64,000 nucleotides of DNA from assembly GCA_938023075.1 (NCBI GenBank), contig CALHDG010000024.1, forward strand, positions 2,050 through 66,049, written 5' to 3'. Positions within the stretch are counted from its first letter, which is position 1, and each line of letters begins with the position of its first letter. Positions 58,825-64,000 of the stretch are shown piece after piece. The translations under genes and the position numbers were made by a program. Below the pieces are notes generated by a model. That model did no database searches, was not told the origin of the DNA, and worked only from the letters and a program-made list of their open reading frames with translations. This DNA is from an uncultured Chitinophagales bacterium. Its GTDB lineage: Bacteria; Bacteroidota; Bacteroidia; Chitinophagales; JAHDHT01.

Positions 58825-58940
58825 GATATAGATAGATTAATTAGTATTATGAAGGCGTTCGTTTTTGCGGATGCCTTTTTTGTTTCTATAGAGCCTACAT
58901 TTATCAAAGAAAGGTGAGATATAGATGCTGTATTTTTTTA

Positions 58941-59051
58941 GAAAACGAACCCTTAACTCGTCCAAAGGGAAGTCCCGCTTTCCGCTAAATCTTTTTATTC
59001 CGCAAGCTCCATAAAAAGGATACCGCTGCAATCGGGTTTAGGTTTCAAACG
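58941..59051 (+). repeat. family-A element, variant copy
   Basis: gtcccgctttccgct-aaatcttttta...taaaaaggat-accgctgcaatcggg. Forward orientation, 50 nt from an inverted copy. Confidence 0.6.
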
Positions 59052-59103
59052 ATGGTGGCACGTGCTTAGTTTTTTTGCTGCAACTAATCGTTTTTGTTTG
59101 CAA

Positions 59104-59236
59104 CAAGCACCGAAGTTTTTAAACTAGCCCCGATTGCAGCGGTTATGCCATTTTGAATGGCTTCTGCAGCGCAGGCAAATGGCATTTGAGCGGAAAGCGG
59201 GACGGGTGTTATTGTGATGTTATAAGGTTTCGCTTC
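59104..59236 (-). repeat. family-A intergenic structured element
   Basis: Full reverse-orientation copy (..cgaagtttttaaactagccccgattgcagcggttatgccatttt...aaatggcatttgagcggaaagcgggac..gtttcgcttc). Confidence 0.75.
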
Positions 59237-59393
59237 AAAAAAAAAACCATGCAAAAGTTTCAACTACTTTGTTGTTTGGATATACTTGCCGATAAGTGTA
59301 CCGCTATTTTTGAACGGAAAGCCTTTCCATAAAGCTCAAAACTTTAGCTTCAAAAAAAATCATCTTGGTTTACCTAATTTCCAGTATCTATCT

Positions 59394-59924
59394 TCAATAA
59401 TCTTGACTGCTGTCATCTGGTTTTTGATTTCTTATCTGTGGCATCTGACTACTAACTTCTCGCATGAAAGGTATTAAAAAACTACCATCTGGCAGTACTG
59501 CATTACTACAAGATGGATAGTTGTTTTGTTTATTCGATACTGGGGATAAACTGAGTATGCTATTGTTGGTAAAGTTGTCGTTTAATCCGATAAGGATATA
59601 AATGGCACCAATAATGCAACTGCTTGTGAACAAACTAACACTAGATAATTGAATCAATTGAAGACCTAACCACATTAGCCGGATTAATTCTACGTATAAT
59701 TCGGTTAGTTCGCTCAACATATTTTCGCAAATATGCATAGAAGCGATTAACAAAAATGCAATGCAGGCACCTTTGCTAAACCATCGGGCTCCTTTTTTTA
59801 TTTTTTTAAGATCGCACAAAAAGGCGAGTCCATCCGTTAGCCATAAAAATGGAACGGCTGCAGCAAGAATGAATAGTTTTACGATTAACAAGCTGCCATC
59901 TGCTTTAAAATTAAATAGTTTCAT
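59394..59924 (-). CDS. hypothetical small membrane protein
   Basis: 176-aa ORF with 3-4 hydrophobic segments and no recognisable motif. Confidence 0.4.
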   Translation of the reverse strand: MKLFNFKADGSLLIVKLFILAAAVPFLWLTDGLAFLCDLKKIKKGARWFSKGACIAFLLIASMHICENMLSELTELYVELIRLMWLGLQLIQLSSVSLFTSSCIIGAIYILIGLNDNFTNNSILSLSPVSNKQNNYPSCSNAVLPDGSFLIPFMREVSSQMPQIRNQKPDDSSQDY

Positions 59925-60035
59925 TGGTTTTAATTCAGTTTTGTTTTGTGTGAAATAAATAGAGTGCTGTTTACTGTACTCTTTTTGCTTTACGTTTTTA
60001 ATGGTTTTAATAATTGTTTTGTTTTTGTTTAGGTT

Positions 60036-60071
60036 AAAAAAAAGCCCGACTTCGTTTGATGAAGCCGGGCT
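60036..60071 (-). terminator. minus-strand intrinsic terminator
   Basis: On the minus strand: agcccggcttc-atcaaac-gaagtcgggct followed by U8. All 11 pairs form only on the minus-strand RNA (one G.U); the plus strand has an A-C mismatch. Confidence 0.6.
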
Positions 60072-60188
60072 TTGCCTTTATATTTTTAAATGACGTATCA
60101 ACGCCTTAGTTGCCCAACTTCAAAATAACTCGAATCTAGTATTAACGTGTTTGTATTTTTTTGACACATAATTTTTAAGTTTATTAAC

Positions 60189-60218
60189 AAAAAAAAGCCC
60201 AAACCAACGGTCTGAGCT
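60189..60218 (-). terminator. minus-strand intrinsic terminator
   Basis: On the minus strand: agctcagacc-gtt-ggtttgggct followed by a U-run. 10 pairs including two G.U that would be mismatches on the plus strand. Confidence 0.55.
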
Positions 60219-60429
60219 TTCTATTTATCTTTTAAATAAATATCAACATCAGACCGGTGCAATATCTTCACTAGGATTTATATGATATGTTTGATATAAA
60301 TTTTTCATCTCTTTCTTTTGATGATGCAAATGTAATTGATTTTTTTTGACAATAGCAAATTATTTATAATGATTTTTTAAAAATAACGGAAAACCGTGAT
60401 ACGGAATTATTAATTATCAATTATTAATT

Positions 60430-60437
60430 ACCTTTGC
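60430..60437 (+). promoter_or_regulatory. Bacteroidota -7 box (TAnnTTTG) upstream of fbp
   Basis: TACCTTTG, 17 nt upstream of the TTG start at 60454. Confidence 0.45.
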
Positions 60438-60453
60438 CTTAACAATACTGACT

Positions 60454-61455
60454 TTGATTACATTAGATGAATTTATCATTCAACGGCAAAGAGATTTTCC
60501 GTTTGCTACCGGCGACTTATCTGGTATTTTGAGAAATATTTCTTTAGCTGCAAAAGTGGTTAATCGCGAGGTGAACAAAGCCGGTTTAGTCGAAATTTTA
60601 GGGGAAACCGAAGATGAAAATATACATGGAGAACAGGTTAAAAAGTTAGATGACTATGCCAACCGGCAGTTTATTGATTCGTTGCGTATTAGCGGATTGT
60701 GTTGTGGTATCGCCTCTGAAGAAGAAGATGATTTTTTAGCTTTTGATGAAAAACCCAACCTTCAAGCAAATTATGTAGTTACTTTCGATCCTTTAGATGG
60801 GTCGTCTAACATTGATGTTAATGTTTCTATTGGAACTATATTTTCTATTTATCGTCGTGTGAGCCCCTTAGGTCCGTGTAAAGAAATTGATTTTTTGCAA
60901 TGCGGTACCGAGCAGGTTGCTTCGGGTTATATTATTTATGGTTCTTCTACTATGATGGTGTATACCACTAGAAATGGTTTGAATGGTTTTACCTTAGACC
61001 CTTCAATTGGAGAGTTTTGTTTGTCGCATCCCAATATTATTATGCCCAAAACGGGTAAGTATTATAGTATAAATCAAGGCTATATGGCAAACTTTAAAAA
61101 AGGGGTTCGAGAGTTTGTTAAATACTGCCAAGAAAAAGACGAAGCCACCAAACGCCCTTTTGGCTTGCGTTATATTGGTAGTATGGTGGCTGATATTCAT
61201 CGAAACTTAATTACCGGTGGCATTTTTATTTATCCGAGTTTAAGCAACCATCCGAAGGGTAAGTTGCGTTTGGTGTATGAGTGTAACCCTATGGCTTTAA
61301 TTATTGAACAAGCCGGCGGCAAAGCTACTACCGGCACTATGAATATTTTAGATTTAAAACCTACTGAATTGCACGAGCGTTGTCCCGTTTTTATGGGGTC
61401 TACTGCTTTGGTAGAAAAGGCAGAGGATTTTTTGGTGGCTTACAAAGGGCAATAG
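60454..61455 (+). CDS. fbp: class 1 fructose-1,6-bisphosphatase
   Basis: 333 aa with [32 protein letters not shown], the [15 protein letters not shown] motifs. TTG start in the ORF track. Confidence 0.9.
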   Translation: MITLDEFIIQRQRDFPFATGDLSGILRNISLAAKVVNREVNKAGLVEILGETEDENIHGEQVKKLDDYANRQFIDSLRISGLCCGIASEEEDDFLAFDEKPNLQANYVVTFDPLDGSSNIDVNVSIGTIFSIYRRVSPLGPCKEIDFLQCGTEQVASGYIIYGSSTMMVYTTRNGLNGFTLDPSIGEFCLSHPNIIMPKTGKYYSINQGYMANFKKGVREFVKYCQEKDEATKRPFGLRYIGSMVADIHRNLITGGIFIYPSLSNHPKGKLRLVYECNPMALIIEQAGGKATTGTMNILDLKPTELHERCPVFMGSTALVEKAEDFLVAYKGQ

Positions 61456-61532
61456 TTGTTTGTTTTTCCTTCAATATTTCTGACAAGTTTATCTAAACAA
61501 GAAAGTAGTGGACACTTTTTTAATATTTTTTT

Positions 61533-61667
61533 GAAGCGAAACTAGTTGGCTTTATAAAAACACCCGTCCCGCTTTCCGCTCAAATGCTATTGCTATGCTG
61601 CATATGCTGCGCTGCAAAATAGCATAACCGCTGCAATCGGGGCTAGTTTAAAAACTTCGGTGCTTCG
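61533..61667 (+). repeat. family-A intergenic structured element
   Basis: Full copy whose central stem carries a compensated change (atgctatt...aatagcat). Confidence 0.75.
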
Positions 61668-61729
61668 TAGAAAGATAAAAAACAATGCTAGTCGAAAACA
61701 AGAAAGTATCAACCACTTTGATAAACTTG

Positions 61730-61897
61730 TCATATTTCTATAATGGACGCATTTTGAGCCATCATCATTTCATAATCCGCTCGTTCATCAATAGACATTT
61801 TACTTTTATCTAACTTTTCCATCGCCAATTCTATCCAATCTTCAGTTAAAAATTGGGGTAATTGATCAGCTCCTTCAATACTTTCTAAATTCTTCAT
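61730..61897 (-). pseudogene. truncated stand-alone copy of the Rpn C-terminal module
   Basis: ATG 61897; MKNLESIEGADQLPQFLTEDWIELAMEKLDKSKMSIDERADYEMMMAQNASIIEI*, 55 aa. Homology to the other copies ends here. Confidence 0.6.
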
Positions 61898-61909
61898 AAA
61901 ATTAGATGG

Positions 61910-62224
61910 TTATAACTTATCAATTTCCTCTTTAGTTAAATTAGTGGCTCGCATTATAACATCTATTTCAAAGTCCATATCCTTAAGTTTTTTAGCTGTT
62001 TTTAAAGTATTTCGTTTTTCAGCTTGATCCGCTATTTTTTCTTTTTCTTTTTCCTTCAAAATTTCTATGATAGAGGCATTTCGAGCCATCATCATTTCAT
62101 AATCAGCACGTTCGTCAATAGACATTTTACTTTTATCTAGCTTCTCCATAGCCAATTCTATTCAATCTTCGGTTAAAAATTGGGGTAATTGGTCAGCTCC
62201 TTCAATACTTTCTAAATTCTTCAT
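61910..62224 (-). pseudogene. stand-alone copy of the Rpn C-terminal module with in-frame stop
   Basis: ATG 62224 with the same 12-nt spacer. Codon 21 is TGA (62162-62164) where the other copies have TGG (Trp). The ORF track lists only the 81-aa remainder, 61910..62155. Confidence 0.65.
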
Positions 62225-62236
62225 AAAATTAGATGG

Positions 62237-63127
62237 TTATAACTTATCAATTTCCTCTTTAGTTAAATTAGTGGCTCGCATTATAATATCTATTTCAAAA
62301 TTCATATCCTTAAGTTTTTTAGCTGTTTTTAAAGCATTTCTTTTTTCGCCTCTTTTTTCGCCTCTTTTCTCACCTCTTTTTTCGGCTTGACCCGCTATTT
62401 TTTCTCTTTCTTTTTCCTTCAACATTTCTATTATGGATGCATTTCGAGCCATCATCATTTCGTAATCTGCTCGTTCGTCAATAGACATTTTACTTTTATC
62501 TAGCTTCTCCATAGCCAATTCTATCCAATCTTCGGTTAAAAATTGGGGTAATTGATCGGCACCTTCAATACTTTCTAAATTCTTCATAAGAAATATTAAT
62601 TTATCTAAATCTGTTTTAATTTCGTTAGCTTGTTTTTCAAATTTAGCAATTTCTACCATAATATGCGTAATCTGCCTGTCCATTTCTTCACCAAATTGAT
62701 TTTGTAGCGTACCAAAATGATAATAGGCTTTCGATTGATGAAAAATGGATTCTGCCAAAAAACCGATGCAATAGATGGGTGTCAGGTTTTCGAACCGGTA
62801 CGCTCCTTTAGCCACCATCGTATTAAATTTTTGAAAGGCATAAAATTTAGCACGGTGTATAAAATTTTTGTAATGCCCTAATTGCATTTCAACAATAAAC
62901 ACGTTGCCTGTTTCATCTTTACAAACTAAATCATACACACCACCTCTTGCCTCTTTGGTTAGTCCACTGAAATTATTTTTTAAAAATTCAATTTGTTGTA
63001 TGGGCACTTTAGATTGAATTAAAGCTTGCAAGGCTCGTTTCAAAAAGGTAGTATCCGATTCATTGGCAAAAACCGTTTTGAATCCATAATCAGATAGTAA
63101 GGATATAAATCTTGATTGCGATTTCAT
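62237..63127 (-). CDS. Rpn-family recombination-promoting nuclease / PD-(D/E)XK putative transposase
   Basis: 296 aa. N-terminal LLSDYGFKTVF..., core GGVYDLVCKDETGNVFIVEMQL (D...E.Q/K nuclease motif), and a helical C-terminal tail. Confidence 0.85.
   Translation of the reverse strand: MKSQSRFISLLSDYGFKTVFANESDTTFLKRALQALIQSKVPIQQIEFLKNNFSGLTKEARGGVYDLVCKDETGNVFIVEMQLGHYKNFIHRAKFYAFQKFNTMVAKGAYRFENLTPIYCIGFLAESIFHQSKAYYHFGTLQNQFGEEMDRQITHIMVEIAKFEKQANEIKTDLDKLIFLMKNLESIEGADQLPQFLTEDWIELAMEKLDKSKMSIDERADYEMMMARNASIIEMLKEKEREKIAGQAEKRGEKRGEKRGEKRNALKTAKKLKDMNFEIDIIMRATNLTKEEIDKL
62341..62388 (-). repeat. 12-bp tandem repeat (about 4 units) encoding (EKRG)n in the Rpn tail
   Basis: Plus strand ttttttcgcctc ttttttcgcctc ttttctcacctc ttttttcggctt. 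Absent from the stand-alone copy at 61910-62224. Confidence 0.8.
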
Positions 63128-63196
63128 TAGGTGAAGTTAAGATTTTTTTGGTTGGAGGATTTTTTTGGAATGTTTTTAATCCCCTCCACTTATTTT

Positions 63197-63994
63197 TTAG
63201 GCGTAATCAATACGCATTTGCTCTACCCGTTCAATAATTTCTTTAACCGTTTCTTCTAACTCGGAACCCATTCGCAAATATTCATTGGGGTGTTTATCTT
63301 GTATATAATACATTAGGGCATACCAGATGGGTTTGAATTGTTCTTTGATGTTGAGTTCTTCGGCTTTAGGGTTTGTGAAATAATCATACAGGAATTGGTA
63401 TTGTTTATTGGCAAGGCTGAATATCAGACAGAGCTGAATTGGAGTTTTAGTTAAATCGGAACTGTTATTTTCATCTAAAAATTCTAAAAGACATTTTTGT
63501 GATTGATCAATATTTTTGCACAAAATTAAAATATATGCATAAAATGTTTTTGCGATAGATTTGTTAGCAGACTTATTAAGTAAATTCAAAGATTTTAATA
63601 AAATGGTATATGGTCGAATATCTCCTTCTTTAATTATTTTAGTGATATAACCTTCTGCATTTTTATAGTCTTCTAACATAATATACTGCCAGGCAATTGT
63701 CGTATTGTTTTTATCCTTCATTTTTAAGAAGTTGTTTAACGCCAGGTTATATTTTTCATCTTTCCAGAAGTGTATTGCTTGCTCATTTAATTTTATATCA
63801 GACTCACTCAATTCTTTTATCCATTCACTATTCTTATTCCCCAAAAATTCACGAGTCTTATCAATTAACTTGTCTTGCATGTCATTAGGCAAATCTTTAG
63901 TTCCCGCTAAAGCCTCAGTCAACAAGTAAGCTGCCTTTTCATCATAATCACCTTGCTTTAACAATTTAATGTGTTTTTCCACTCTATTAATCAA
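63197..63994 (-). CDS. hypothetical alpha-helical (TPR-like?) protein
   Basis: 265-aa ORF with no confident motif. The upstream region is cut by the window end. Confidence 0.5.
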   Translation of the reverse strand: MINRVEKHIKLLKQGDYDEKAAYLLTEALAGTKDLPNDMQDKLIDKTREFLGNKNSEWIKELSESDIKLNEQAIHFWKDEKYNLALNNFLKMKDKNNTTIAWQYIMLEDYKNAEGYITKIIKEGDIRPYTILLKSLNLLNKSANKSIAKTFYAYILILCKNIDQSQKCLLEFLDENNSSDLTKTPIQLCLIFSLANKQYQFLYDYFTNPKAEELNIKEQFKPIWYALMYYIQDKHPNEYLRMGSELEETVKEIIERVEQMRIDYA

Positions 63995-64000
63995 TTCATC

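Noticed and set aside
58837-59477. ORFs 58837..59031(-) and 59286..59477(+)
   Set aside because: Both lie within family-A repeat copies or fragments downstream of hppA. They are most likely repeat-derived open frames.

Overview
AT-rich chromosomal segment that looks like Bacteroidota, judged from a T9SS C-terminal sorting domain, SprB repeats, a PorQ-like gene and TAnnTTTG promoter boxes. Housekeeping genes I recognise are cysS, hppA, fbp, bshC, a SurA-like PPIase, an M28 peptidase, a P450, a TonB-dependent receptor, transporters and an AraC regulator. Three kinds of accessory content are interleaved with them. (1) Very large secreted proteins: a 2566-aa CotH/LTD protein with 22 SprB repeats, and a 2032-aa T9SS cargo protein with 2 canonical Kunitz/BPTI and 5 Kazal inhibitor domains plus two unrecognised Cys-rich repeat modules. 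Four secreted proteins, including two tandem M43 metalloproteases, share a ~45-aa C-terminal tail. (2) Defence-like or accessory modules: a Septu-like ABC-ATPase + HNH pair whose HNH nuclease is split by a LysM-like insert and has a possible -1 frameshift at its 3' end. There is also a translationally coupled 3-gene operon ending in a ComEC-type MBL hydrolase, an AlbA_2/HATPase_c_4 gene beside an aberrant type-II tRNA, an Rpn (PD-(D/E)XK) nuclease gene followed by two decayed stand-alone copies of its own C-terminal module, and toxin-antitoxin remnants. (3) Dense intergenic structured repeats: at least 8 copies of a ~130-nt element whose central hairpin shows compensatory substitutions, a second 2-copy element with a covarying hairpin, and REP-like palindromes. 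Two tandem terminator-bounded small units lie upstream of fbp. I saw no rRNA, CRISPR array, integrase or classical transposase. All domain calls come from reading motifs by eye, and no database search was run.
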